Origin: Actinomycetota bacterium
GTDB lineage: Bacteria > Actinomycetota > UBA4738 > HRBIN12
Length of the DNA stretch: 64,000 nucleotides
NCBI GenBank assembly: GCA_040754475.1
Contig: JBFMCN010000007.1
Location: forward strand, 10,296 to 74,295
Reading direction: 5' to 3'
The position numbers and the translations under genes are program-made. Numbering within the stretch: the first letter of the stretch is position 1; each line of letters begins with the position of its first letter. This document shows, piece by piece, positions 55,178 to 64,000 of this stretch. The notes beneath the pieces were generated by a model. It was given only the letters and a program-made list of their open reading frames with translations, had not been told where the DNA came from and searched no databases.

Positions 55178-55879
55178 CTAGCCGCGACGAGCGCCACTGC
55201 CGAGCCGCTGCCTGACGGCAGGGCTCGTCAGCTCACGAAGGGCGTCGGAGGCGATCCAACGCGCAGCGCTCGAGTCGATCTCCCGGATCTCCTCGGCCGT
55301 GGCGATCGCCAGCCGGTTCAGGCGCACGTTGCGCTTGCCGATCTGGCGAAGCGCCCAGTTGACCGCCTTCTTCACGTAGTTGCGCTCATCCGTTGCGGAC
55401 GCTCGGATGAGCGGCAGGAACGCCTGGAAGGGTTCGTCCCCCAGGTCCTTTCGATGGACGGCCATCGACGCCATCAGCGCGAACGCCGCGCGCTTCTCGA
55501 ATTCGGGCTTTCGCCGGCTCCACTGCTCCGCCTTTCGGAAGGCGAAGCGCGTCCGGTCGAACAGGTTGCTGCATACCTGATCGCACAGGTCCCACGAATC
55601 GAAGTCGCCAACCCATGCGTCCATCTGGGCCGCGGTGACCCTCGATGGCTCGTCGACCATGCCCGCCAGCATCCGGGCTTCGTGCACGCCCGTCTGCCAG
55701 AGCCTGAGCGCCAGATCGTGGTCTGTCCCGATGTCCCGCGCCGTCCGGCGCAGGTCGGGGATCGAAACGCCGAGAGCCCTGTCGGTCGCTATCCCGTAGC
55801 GGGCCATCCCCGGAAGCCGACTGGGGTCGGCCGACGCCTCCAGCCTCCCCAGGACGGCTCGAACCGGATCGATCTCCAC
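55178..55879 (-). CDS. DNA alkylation repair protein (AlkD/AlkC-like HEAT-like repeat glycosylase family)
   Basis: Overall AlkD-like helical repeat pattern (...LRLWQTGVHEARMLAGMV..., ...NYVKKAVNWALRQIGKRN...). Confidence 0.65.
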   Translation of the reverse strand: MEIDPVRAVLGRLEASADPSRLPGMARYGIATDRALGVSIPDLRRTARDIGTDHDLALRLWQTGVHEARMLAGMVDEPSRVTAAQMDAWVGDFDSWDLCDQVCSNLFDRTRFAFRKAEQWSRRKPEFEKRAAFALMASMAVHRKDLGDEPFQAFLPLIRASATDERNYVKKAVNWALRQIGKRNVRLNRLAIATAEEIREIDSSAARWIASDALRELTSPAVRQRLGSGARRG

Positions 55880-55883
55880 GGGC

Positions 55884-56969
55884 CTATTCGTCGATCGTTA
55901 CCAGGCGAAGTCCCATCGCCCGGATGCCTTCGATGATCCGTGGGAGCGCCTGGATCGTCGCCCACTGATCGCCGCCACCGTCGTGGAGATCGATGATCGA
56001 GCCCGGCCGAACCTTGGCGAGGACCGCATCGGCGATCGACTCCGGGGTCTTGGCCCCGGTCCAGTCTCTCGGATCGACGCTCCACAGGACGATACGCATG
56101 CCGAGAGTATCCGCCATGTGCACGACTTCCTCGTCGTAGCTCCCGCCCGGAGGCCGAAACAGACTGGTCTGCAGGCCGAACTGTGAGTTCAGGAACTCGT
56201 TTGTCTGTGACATCTCGGTGAGGATCCGATGGGGCTCGAGGTCGGCGAACCGCGGCGATCTCGGGTGGTCCCAGGAGTGGCTGCCTATCGTCATACTGGC
56301 CTCGATCTCGGCGCGGATCAGGTCCGGATGCCGCTGGGCCAGGTACCCGATCACGAAGAACGTGGCCTTGGCGTTCATGCGCTCCAGGATCTCGAGCACC
56401 TTTGGAGTGGCGTCCGGCCATGGCCCGTCGTCGAACGTGAGTGCGACGGCCGGCGGCTGGGTCACATCCCCGACCGCGCGGAACCGGACCGATACCGACT
56501 TGTGGGAGATGCGCCCCTCGATGCGGATCTCCTCGACTTGAGAGGTGTCGAGGGTGCGCTGTGGGTTTCCGGGGCGGAGGCCCTCGAGGAGAGTCACGAC
56601 CCGCCGGGTTCCCTCGATCCGGTCGACGCCGTCGATCACCTGGATCGTGTCGCCGTTGGACAGAGGCGTCGAACGGGCTGCGGTGGCTCCGTTCAGCAGG
56701 ATCCGGCCCGGATAGGCGCGGTAGCGCAGCACCTTGCCTTCGACGTCGAGCAGTCGGCCGAACTCCGCGTGCAGATCGCGATCTCGGATCAGCCGACCGA
56801 ACATCGTGTCGCGAGCCACGAGCGCGGTCTCGTTCCCTACGGTGATCTCTAGGGGCGGGGGCAATTCGCCCAGGGCGGCCGCGACGAGCACCGGCACGAT
56901 GGCGATCCCGAGGATGACGGCGGCGCGAGCGCCGACCCGAGCGTGGTCACGCGGGCTCACCCGAACCAT
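55884..56969 (-). CDS. membrane-anchored polysaccharide deacetylase (NodB homology domain)
   Basis: LTFDDGPWPD (motif 1), HSWDHP (motif 2), N-terminal TM segment and a middle G5/DUF348-like region. Confidence 0.8.
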   Translation of the reverse strand: MVRVSPRDHARVGARAAVILGIAIVPVLVAAALGELPPPLEITVGNETALVARDTMFGRLIRDRDLHAEFGRLLDVEGKVLRYRAYPGRILLNGATAARSTPLSNGDTIQVIDGVDRIEGTRRVVTLLEGLRPGNPQRTLDTSQVEEIRIEGRISHKSVSVRFRAVGDVTQPPAVALTFDDGPWPDATPKVLEILERMNAKATFFVIGYLAQRHPDLIRAEIEASMTIGSHSWDHPRSPRFADLEPHRILTEMSQTNEFLNSQFGLQTSLFRPPGGSYDEEVVHMADTLGMRIVLWSVDPRDWTGAKTPESIADAVLAKVRPGSIIDLHDGGGDQWATIQALPRIIEGIRAMGLRLVTIDE

Positions 56970-57053
56970 TCTGCCGCCTCCGTCAACGTAACGTGTAGGG
57001 GAACGCGGTGATAACCGTCTTGGGCGTGTGTCCGAGGCAGCGCTCTCGGGTGC

Positions 57054-57476
57054 CTAGAGCCGGCCGCGACCGAGCTCGGGAGGCTCCTCCTCGGCTTCGT
57101 TCCGGCCTCGGCGAATGTCGATGGCGTTCCGTCGTCGCCGATCCTGCTCGATCCTGTGCTGCCAATCGCGCTCCACGTTGCGCATGCTGCTCCGGAGCCA
57201 CCACCAACCAGCCCAGATGAGCACGGCGGTGGCGAGGACGAAGGACAACACCAGCACCAGAGCGATCTTCAGCACGACACCGAGAACACCGAGGGCCGCG
57301 GCGAGCAGCAGCACGATCAAGACGAACGTGAGCACCCGGCCATCGTACGTCCTGGGAGGGCTTGAGGGCCGGTCGGCCCTGCGGCTCCGGGGCCGATGCG
57401 GGCTGCGCGCACGACGATCGGACGCAAGGCTGCTAGATGGGAACCCCCCGCTCTCGGGAGGACTGGCGGTGGTCAA
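57054..57476 (-). CDS. hypothetical membrane protein (true start may be the GTG at 57335)
   Basis: Two hydrophobic helices (VLTFVLIVLLLAAALGVLGVVLKIALVLVLSFVLATAVLIWAGWWW) followed by a charged tail. The N-terminal 47 residues of the track ORF are low complexity. Confidence 0.35.
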   Translation of the reverse strand: MTTASPPESGGFPSSSLASDRRARSPHRPRSRRADRPSSPPRTYDGRVLTFVLIVLLLAAALGVLGVVLKIALVLVLSFVLATAVLIWAGWWWLRSSMRNVERDWQHRIEQDRRRRNAIDIRRGRNEAEEEPPELGRGRL

Positions 57477-58500
57477 GGTGAACGGAGCGGTGCCCGAGAC
57501 GCCGCTCGGCGTCGTGCACTACGGGCTCGGGTGGATCGGGATCGCGGTGGCACGTCTGGTCGCCGCCCGCCCCGGGCTTCGTTCCGTCGGCGCGATCGAC
57601 GTCAGGCAGGAGCTGATGGGCGCAGGGCTCGGCGTGCTCGCGGGGACCGTGGAGGAGCTGGACGCCGTCCTCGTTACGGATGCGCCGTCGGCTCTTGCCG
57701 TCCCGAGTGCGGATGTCGTTGCGCACTGCACGGATTCGTCGCTTGAGAGCGTGCTTCCGCAGCTTCTCGAGTGCGTGGATGCCGGCCTGCCTGTCGTGTC
57801 GACCTGCGAGGAGCTCGCGTTCCCGTGGCGAGAGGCTCCCGATCTTGCCGCGCGCCTGGACCGCGCTGCGCGGGACCGAGGCGTGAGCGTGCTCGGAACA
57901 GGTGTGAACCCGGGCTTCGCCATGGACTACCTGCCGGTTGTGCTCTCCGGAGCGTCGCGATGCGTGGATCGCGTGTCGGTGCATCGGGTGCAGGACGCCG
58001 GACGCAGGCGCGTGTCGCTGCAGAGGAAGGTCGGCGTCGGACTCACCGTCGACGAGTTCGACCGACGCGTTGACGGGGGCGGGCTCGGGCACGTGGGCCT
58101 GTCGCAGTCTGCTGAGATGATCGCGGCCGCGTTCGGCTGGGTTCTGACAGAGGTCCGGGAGACGATCGAGCCCATCGTTGCCGAGCGACCGACCCCGAGC
58201 GGGCTCGGCGACATACCGCCGAACCATGTGACTGGCGTCCACCAGGTAGTCAGCGGCTCAGTCGGGGAGCGTGAGGTCATCTCGCTTGCGCTCGATCTGG
58301 CCGTTGGGCTCGAGGAGCCGCGGGACGAGATCCGCTTGGCCGGAGACCCGGACATCGCGACGGTCGTTCCCGGCGGGCTCCACGGCGATGTCGCCACTGC
58401 CGCCGTGATCGTGAACGCGCTCCCGCTCGCCGTGGAAGCCCGGCCGGGACTGCGCGTCATGACCGAGATCGCGCCGCCGCGTCCTCGCATGGCCCGCTGA
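57469..58500 (+). CDS. DapB-like NAD(P)-dependent amine dehydrogenase family protein (2,4-diaminopentanoate dehydrogenase-like)
   Basis: Rossmann N-terminus GVVHYGLGWIG and the family hallmark SVLGTGVNPGF. GTG at 57469 with GGAGGA 6 nt upstream. Confidence 0.65.
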   Translation: MVKVNGAVPETPLGVVHYGLGWIGIAVARLVAARPGLRSVGAIDVRQELMGAGLGVLAGTVEELDAVLVTDAPSALAVPSADVVAHCTDSSLESVLPQLLECVDAGLPVVSTCEELAFPWREAPDLAARLDRAARDRGVSVLGTGVNPGFAMDYLPVVLSGASRCVDRVSVHRVQDAGRRRVSLQRKVGVGLTVDEFDRRVDGGGLGHVGLSQSAEMIAAAFGWVLTEVRETIEPIVAERPTPSGLGDIPPNHVTGVHQVVSGSVGEREVISLALDLAVGLEEPRDEIRLAGDPDIATVVPGGLHGDVATAAVIVNALPLAVEARPGLRVMTEIAPPRPRMAR

Positions 58501-58721
58501 GGGGCATCCGGGCGCAAGACCCTATTCACCTTCAGCGTACGAGGGCCTTCTGGTCCCCGGGGTGGTCCTTCGCCCTAGCCGCCGCATCCCGCAATCGTTC
58601 CCAAGTCCCCTTGCGGGCCTGAGTCGTGCCGACTACCTGGAAACGGGTAGTGCGTGCTATGTGCGAGCCTGGCCCGTCGCCCGATACGTGAGATGGGTTC
58701 ACCTCTGCAGGGGAGAGATCG

Positions 58722-59999
58722 ATGGTGATCCGGGCGGAGACCGAGGCCACGTCCTGCGCGCCTTCGCTCGCGCCGTCCGACGCACCCTCCGAGCATCCCG
58801 TCCCGGAAGGACCGCTGCGGGTCCTCGTGGCCGACGACCAGGACGAGACGCGCCGGCTCCTCGCCGAGCTTGTGATCGGCGAGGAGTCGCTGGAGCTCGC
58901 CGGCGTCGCCCGGGACGCTGATGAGGCGGTCGAGCTCGCCATGCGGGAACGCCCCGACGTGGCACTTGTCGACATCCGTATGTCGGGTAACGGAGGGTCG
59001 AAGACCCTACTCGGGATCCGGCAGTGCTCGCCCGGCACCCGGGTGGTGGTCCTGTCGCCGAACTCCGACCCTACGTCGGTCCTGCGGATGCTCAGAGCGG
59101 GCGCCGAAGGCTACGCACTCATGGGAGCGCCCGCTGCGGAGATCGTGCGAGCACTTCACGACGCGGCGCTCGGCCGGGGCGCGGTCGTGACGGATGTGGT
59201 GCGGCGAATGGTCGACCGGCTGGCCCCCTTCGAGGGGGATGCGGATCTCTCCGGCCGGTGTGCATCTCGGGTTCTGCGGGTCCTCGAGGGAGAGGGCTTG
59301 GAGATGGCGTTCCAGCCGATCGTCGATCTCGGAGATGGGCGCGTCGTCGGCTTCGAAGCGCTTGCCCGGTTCAGCGACGGTCCGGGGGCAAGCCCGGAGG
59401 CCCTGTTCGCGGAGGCGGAGGGGGTGGGCCTCGGGCTCGAGCTCGAGCTTGCGACCGTGCGTCGGGCGCTCGAACACCTGGGTCGGCTTCCCGAGTCGAC
59501 CTTCCTGTCGGTCAATGCGTCTCCCCGGACGGCCGCCTCGCCTCGCCTCCTGCAGCTGATCGCCGGACGCGCGGATCGTGTCGTCGTGGAGATCACCGAG
59601 CACGCTCCCGTGCCCGACTACCCACGGCTCGGCCGGGCGCTGGCGCGGCTCCGGAGCGAAGGTGCGCGCATCGCGGTGGACGACGCCGGCGCCGGCTTCG
59701 CCGGTCTCGACCATGTCCTGCAGCTTGAGCCCGACTTCGTGAAGTTGGATATCGCGCTGATCCGGGGGATCGATCGGGACGAGACCCGCCGCGCGGTGAC
59801 GTCGACGCTGCTGACGTTCGCGGAGGCGGTCGGCTCGACGGCGGTGGCCGAAGGGATAGAGCGGGGCCCGGAGCTGCAGGCTCTACGGAAGCTCGGGGTC
59901 TCTCTAGGACAGGGGTTTCACTTCGCGCGGCCGGTTCCCTTCGAGACGCTCGCGCAGCGGATCAACCACACCAGCGAACGCGACGCGCGACGAGCGTGA
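58722..59999 (+). CDS. response regulator with receiver and EAL (c-di-GMP phosphodiesterase) domains
   Basis: REC (VLVADDQDETRRLL...VALVDIRMSG...VVVLSPNSD) and EAL (FQPIVDL...GFEALARF...EITEH...DDAGAGFAGL...KLD..LIRGI). Confidence 0.85.
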   Translation: MVIRAETEATSCAPSLAPSDAPSEHPVPEGPLRVLVADDQDETRRLLAELVIGEESLELAGVARDADEAVELAMRERPDVALVDIRMSGNGGSKTLLGIRQCSPGTRVVVLSPNSDPTSVLRMLRAGAEGYALMGAPAAEIVRALHDAALGRGAVVTDVVRRMVDRLAPFEGDADLSGRCASRVLRVLEGEGLEMAFQPIVDLGDGRVVGFEALARFSDGPGASPEALFAEAEGVGLGLELELATVRRALEHLGRLPESTFLSVNASPRTAASPRLLQLIAGRADRVVVEITEHAPVPDYPRLGRALARLRSEGARIAVDDAGAGFAGLDHVLQLEPDFVKLDIALIRGIDRDETRRAVTSTLLTFAEAVGSTAVAEGIERGPELQALRKLGVSLGQGFHFARPVPFETLAQRINHTSERDARRA

Positions 60000-61179
60000 C
60001 TCGCCCCTTCGGCGTGTCGCTGTAGCCCGCCATCCACACTGCTCCGCTCGGCAGGGCCGCGACAGAGGTGAAGACATCCGAGCCCTGGACACCTCGTCCC
60101 GCGACGAGCGTCCAGCGTCGGCCGCCGAAACGCTCGGCAAGGGCGCGCGTTCCACCCCCGGCGGGGCGGGAGCCGACCGCCCAGACGTCGTCCGGTGAGG
60201 CTCCTGCGACCCCTAGGAGGCTGCCGTTGCCGCGAATCGTGGCGGACTCCGTCCAGCTCGAGCCGTCCCACGACCAGATCGAGGAGCCGACGGCCCAGAT
60301 CTCGTCGGGAGCTATGACGGCAACCGCTGAGAGGGCTCCCGTCGCCTCGATGGCCACGGGCGCCCATGTGTCACCGTCGAAGCGCATGACGAGGGGCCGA
60401 CGTTGGCGGTATCCGACGGCCCAGACGTCGTTCGAAGAAGCAGCGCCCACTGAAGCCAGAAGGCTCCGGCCGCCGCCGGCGGGGACGGTGGTCTCGGTCC
60501 AAGACAGTCCGTCCCAGTGGAGTGCGAAGGCCCTTTCGAGGCCCAAGGTCTTGTCGCCGGCCGAGCCGACGGCCCAGGCGTCGTCTCGCGAGACCGCGAC
60601 CACGCCGCTCAGCGAGGCACCGGCCGTCACGTACGGCACCGTCGAGGCGGACCACGACGCACCGTCCCAGTGGAGGATGAGCGGCTGGTCGTCGCCGCCG
60701 CTCGAGGTGGATCCGACCGCCCACGCGTCGTCCGCAGACATGGCATCGACCGCACGCAGCACGTTCGCGACGGTCCCCACGTTCGCGCTCGCCACCACCT
60801 CCCAGCGCTCCCCGTCCCATCGCTCCACCAGAGTCGCGACAGGTGCCTCCGCCGGGCCGCGGGCTCCAACGGCCCAGACCTCGTTCCTCGACAACGCGGA
60901 AACGCCGAGGAGCTGGTTGCCTCCCAGGTCGGGGTCGGCGCTCGACGCCGTCTCCCACATCGGCATGCACGTGGGTGCTGCGGGCTTCGGCGTTCCGGTT
61001 GCCGCAGGTTGGCCGTCCCCACCCGAGAAGGCGGCGTCGAGGGAGAAGCCGACTATCGCGGCAGCCACCGCCGCGATCGCGCCGTTGCGCAAGGCGCGCC
61101 GCAGATCATCGTCCACGATGCTTCGAACGCTACTCCCCGCGAAGCGCCCCGCGTGTACGCGACGGCTTGTTCTTGGCAC
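59962..61179 (-). CDS. membrane-anchored BNR/Asp-box repeat beta-propeller protein
   Basis: At least six ~45-aa repeats of the form DDAWAVGS...HWDG.SW (Asp-box-like DG.(S/T)W), with an N-terminal TM anchor. Confidence 0.65.
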   Translation of the reverse strand: MPRTSRRVHAGRFAGSSVRSIVDDDLRRALRNGAIAAVAAAIVGFSLDAAFSGGDGQPAATGTPKPAAPTCMPMWETASSADPDLGGNQLLGVSALSRNEVWAVGARGPAEAPVATLVERWDGERWEVVASANVGTVANVLRAVDAMSADDAWAVGSTSSGGDDQPLILHWDGASWSASTVPYVTAGASLSGVVAVSRDDAWAVGSAGDKTLGLERAFALHWDGLSWTETTVPAGGGRSLLASVGAASSNDVWAVGYRQRRPLVMRFDGDTWAPVAIEATGALSAVAVIAPDEIWAVGSSIWSWDGSSWTESATIRGNGSLLGVAGASPDDVWAVGSRPAGGGTRALAERFGGRRWTLVAGRGVQGSDVFTSVAALPSGAVWMAGYSDTPKGRVTLVARRVRWCG

Positions 61180-61209
61180 CAGGACGGGCCTGGGCGGGCC
61201 GTTCGACCT

Positions 61210-62043
61210 CTACGTCGCGAGGTCGCGCCGCTCGAAACCAAGCAGGGCGAGCGCGAACGCCACCGCCGCGATGGCGAGGAGCACCAGCGCGTGTATCGGA
61301 TCCAAGCCGTTCGTGATCGGCTCGCTGTCGGCGTAGTAGTGGAACAGCGAGAGGTTCTGCAGCCATGCGAGCGACTCGACGGCCGGGACGAGGATGTCGA
61401 CGAGGTACGAGATGCCGGCGATCGCGCTCGTGACGCCGATCGCCAATCCGCGGCGTCCGGTGGCGCAGCCGACCGCAAACGCGATCGCGCCGAAGGCGAC
61501 TGCAAGAAGGAAGGTGCTCACGACTGCCGCGCCGAGGTTGACGAAGTTGGGTATGAGATCGAAGGGTGGCCCAACGACGACGATCGAGAGCCAGAGCACG
61601 AGCGCGAGGCCGAGCGCCCCTGCCGCCATCGCGAAGAACTTGCCGATCGCCACGCGCCGCCGCGAGACGGGCGTGGCGAGCAGTACGTCCAGAGTCTGCC
61701 GCTCCTCCTCGCCGGCGATGGCGCGGGCGCCGGCGCCAATCGCGAAGATCGTCAGCAGGAGCGGCGCGAAGAAGCTGAACATCTCCGTGTGCAGGTATCC
61801 GGCCGGCGACGTGTAGTCGCCGCTCGCCGACAGGAAGGAGTTCTGCATCCATTCGGGCATGCTCTCGATGAAGCGGTCCATCGTCTCGGCGTTGGCGCGA
61901 ATGCTCGGGTAGAACGACGCGTACATCGCCGCCGTCGCGAGCAGGCCGATCGCCCACCACACAAGGGCGCGCCGCTGGTCGCGGAGCGTCTTTGCGAGCA
62001 CGCTGCCGAGCATCCTGCGCCGGGCGAGCACCTCACTCGCCAT
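61210..62043 (-). CDS. ABC-2-type transporter permease
   Basis: Six predicted TM helices with ABC-2 topology. The Met at 62043 is preferred; it lies 7 nt after the ATPase stop. Confidence 0.75.
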   Translation of the reverse strand: MASEVLARRRMLGSVLAKTLRDQRRALVWWAIGLLATAAMYASFYPSIRANAETMDRFIESMPEWMQNSFLSASGDYTSPAGYLHTEMFSFFAPLLLTIFAIGAGARAIAGEEERQTLDVLLATPVSRRRVAIGKFFAMAAGALGLALVLWLSIVVVGPPFDLIPNFVNLGAAVVSTFLLAVAFGAIAFAVGCATGRRGLAIGVTSAIAGISYLVDILVPAVESLAWLQNLSLFHYYADSEPITNGLDPIHALVLLAIAAVAFALALLGFERRDLAT

Positions 62044-62998
62044 CGACTTCGTCCTTTCCGTAGAAGGTGAGGAAGATCTCCTCGAGGTTCGGTTCATGGC
62101 TCGTGAGGTCGACCACCTCGAACGCCGCCGCCGCCTTCACAACGGCGTCCATGTACCCGACGACGGTGCATCGCATCTGATCTCCCTCGACCTCGATGTC
62201 TCGCACGCCTGGCAGCGATGCGAATGCCTCTCGCGGGACCGGCCGGGCGAAGTGGATGTCGAGGGTGCGTATCTCCTTCGCTTTCAACTCTCCGATGTCC
62301 TCGACGGCGGCCAGGCGCCCCTCCCTGATGATCCCCACCCGGTCGCACACGCGCTCGACCTCGGCGATGACGTGGGAGGACAGGAACACGCTCCGCCCGT
62401 CCTCGCGGCACTCGAAGACCAGCCGGTAGAACTCCTGCTGCATGAGAGGGTCGAGACCCTGCGTGGGCTCGTCCAGCACGAGGAGCTCCGGCCGGTGCAT
62501 GACGGCCTGGAGGAGCCCGACCTTCTGCCTGTTGCCATGGGACAGGGCGGCAATGCGCACCGAAAGGTCCAGCTCGAAGCGCTCGGCGAGTTGCCCGACG
62601 TACGACTCGTCGACGCCGTCGCGCAGGGCGGCTAGGTACCGAAGGTAGTCCTCGCCCGTGAGGTTCTCGTACAGGGAGAACTCGCCGGGCAGGTAGCCGA
62701 CCCGCCGGTGGATCTCCTCGGGGTTGCTTCGTGAGTCGAACCCGAGGACCTCTGCTCGGCCACTCGTCGGCCGGATGAAGTCGAGAAGCGTTCGGATCGT
62801 GGTGGTCTTGCCGGCGCCGTTCGGGCCCAGGTATCCGAAGACCTCGCCCTGTCTTACCGAGAAGTCGAGCCCGATCACGCCACGCCGCTTCCCGTAGGAC
62901 TTCGTCAGCTGTTCTGCGAGGATCACGTCGGTCACAACGCGCCCCCTTTGGCACCCACGACACTCTCTCACGAGCGGCTGGGGGCGCCCACCACCCAT
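62033..62998 (-). CDS. ABC transporter ATP-binding protein
   Basis: Walker [10 protein letters not shown], signature [11 protein letters not shown], Walker [13 protein letters not shown]. The start is probably the GTG near 62938. Confidence 0.85.
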   Translation of the reverse strand: MGGGRPQPLVRECRGCQRGRVVTDVILAEQLTKSYGKRRGVIGLDFSVRQGEVFGYLGPNGAGKTTTIRTLLDFIRPTSGRAEVLGFDSRSNPEEIHRRVGYLPGEFSLYENLTGEDYLRYLAALRDGVDESYVGQLAERFELDLSVRIAALSHGNRQKVGLLQAVMHRPELLVLDEPTQGLDPLMQQEFYRLVFECREDGRSVFLSSHVIAEVERVCDRVGIIREGRLAAVEDIGELKAKEIRTLDIHFARPVPREAFASLPGVRDIEVEGDQMRCTVVGYMDAVVKAAAAFEVVDLTSHEPNLEEIFLTFYGKDEVDGE

Positions 62999-63082
62999 GA
63001 CGCTTCGCGCGCATGCTCTCCCGCGGACCCATGGCCTGGTATCGTGCGGTTCCCCAATCGGCGCACGATCAGGGAGGTCTCA

Positions 63083-64000
63083 GTGAGCCCTGACAAGGCG
63101 AGACCCCGAAGCTGGCAGGTCACTGAAGGTCCGGAGCGGGCGCCGGCGCGCGCGATGCTTCGGGCCGTCGGATTCTCGGAGGACGATTTCGGCAAGCCTC
63201 AGGTCGGTGTGGCCTCGTCGTGGAACGAGGTCACGCCATGCAACTACCATCTCGACAGGCTCGCGGCGCTGGCCAAGGAGGGCGTCCGGCAGGGCGGCGC
63301 GGTTCCCCTCGAGTTCACGACCATCGCCGTCTCCGACGGCATCGCCATGGGCCACGAGGGGATGAAGGCGTCTCTCGTATCCCGCGAAGTGATTGCCGAC
63401 TCCGTTGAGCTTGTCATGCACGCCGAGCGGATGGACGGGCTCGTCGGCATCGCGGGCTGCGACAAGAGCGAGCCGGGGATGCTGATGGCGATGGCGAGGC
63501 TGAACCTGCCGTCGGTCTACCTGTACGGCGGCACGATCCTGCCCGGCACGTACGGGGGTCGGGATGTCACCATCCAGGACGTCTTCGAGGCGGTGGGAAC
63601 GCACGCGAGCGGCGCGATGAGTGATGAGGAGCTTCTCGCCGTCGAGCGGGCTGCCTGTCCAACCACAGGCTCGTGCGCCGGCATGTACACGGCGAACACG
63701 ATGGCGGCCGCTGCAGAGGCGCTCGGGATGTCGCTGCCCGGCGCCGCCTCGCCGCCGGCGGTCGACTACCGGCGAGAGGTCTTCGCGCGCGAGTCGGGCG
63801 TGGCCGTCACCCAGTTGCTGAGGCAGGGGATCCGCCCGCGCGACGTGATGACGAAGGCCGCGTTCGAGAACGCGATCGCGGTCGTGATGGCGCTCGCCGG
63901 CTCGACGAACGCGGTGCTCCATTCCATGGCGATCGCGCATGAAGCTGGCGTGGGCCTCGAGCTCGACGACTTCGACAGGATCTCGCGCGCGGTGCCCCAC
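63083..64000 (+). CDS. ilvD: dihydroxy-acid dehydratase, 5' portion (continues beyond window)
   Basis: GTG at 63083 with AGGGAGG upstream. [19 protein letters not shown]...[13 protein letters not shown]...[15 protein letters not shown]...[16 protein letters not shown]. The antisense track ORF 63080..64000 was rejected. Confidence 0.85.
   Translation, partial: MSPDKARPRSWQVTEGPERAPARAMLRAVGFSEDDFGKPQVGVASSWNEVTPCNYHLDRLAALAKEGVRQGGAVPLEFTTIAVSDGIAMGHEGMKASLVSREVIADSVELVMHAERMDGLVGIAGCDKSEPGMLMAMARLNLPSVYLYGGTILPGTYGGRDVTIQDVFEAVGTHASGAMSDEELLAVERAACPTTGSCAGMYTANTMAAAAEALGMSLPGAASPPAVDYRREVFARESGVAVTQLLRQGIRPRDVMTKAAFENAIAVVMALAGSTNAVLHSMAIAHEAGVGLELDDFDRISRAVPH

Noticed and set aside
60068-61336. 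422-aa plus-strand ORF with PTAQTSS repeats
   Set aside because: Its repeats are the antisense image of the minus-strand Asp-box repeats. The minus frame has Trp-rich propeller-like repeats and a TM anchor.
63080-64000. 306-aa minus-strand ORF at the window end
   Set aside because: Antisense to the ilvD 5' region, which has an SD-preceded GTG and canonical dehydratase motifs.

Overview
The window is a ~70% GC, gene-dense chromosomal segment with about 70 protein genes, one tRNA, and no rRNA, CRISPR array, transposase or integrase. Gene order follows the conserved actinobacterial backbone (folP-folB-folK-DUF2520-panC-coaX-lysS-...-clpC, then carD-PIN/TRAM-ispD-ispF-rRNA methyltransferase), with several deviations noted in the findings. 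A trehalose glycosyltransferring synthase (TreT), an archaeal-type FBP aldolase/phosphatase, SLH domains and the high GC make a Rubrobacter-like thermophilic actinobacterium plausible; that is an inference, not a database result.

Main blocks:
1. Folate, pantothenate and CoA genes, lysS, a stand-alone receiver protein, and clpC.
2. carD, a PIN/TRAM protein, ispDF, an rRNA methyltransferase, tRNA-Thr(TGT), a secreted protein of unknown family, and an orphan GAF-GAF-PAS histidine kinase.
3. A DUF3263/LytR_C pair, then a trehalose cluster (otsB convergent with a HAD-treT-otsA operon) and an Rrf2 regulator.
4. Two adjacent HEAT-repeat proteins.
5. A solitary CIRCE-controlled groEL with an unannotated zinc-ribbon mini-gene upstream.
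6. A LarE-like sulfur transferase translationally coupled to a NIL-domain protein.
7. An SLH-NlpC/P60 hydrolase, the class V FBP aldolase/phosphatase, YjbQ, a GroES-like paralog, moaA/moaB, a sulfatase flanked by two phospholipase-C-type phosphoesterases, KamA and a cold-shock protein.
8. Transketolase, adenine deaminase, a DEAD-box helicase, two c-di-GMP turnover proteins, cell-envelope enzymes, a BNR/Asp-box propeller protein with an ABC-2 exporter, and the 5' part of ilvD.

The findings most worth follow-up are the alpha/beta hydrolase translationally embedded in the folate operon, the LarE-NIL pair, the GroES-like paralog, and the zinc-ribbon mini-gene. Many long ORFs on the opposite strand of real genes were rejected as GC-driven artefacts.
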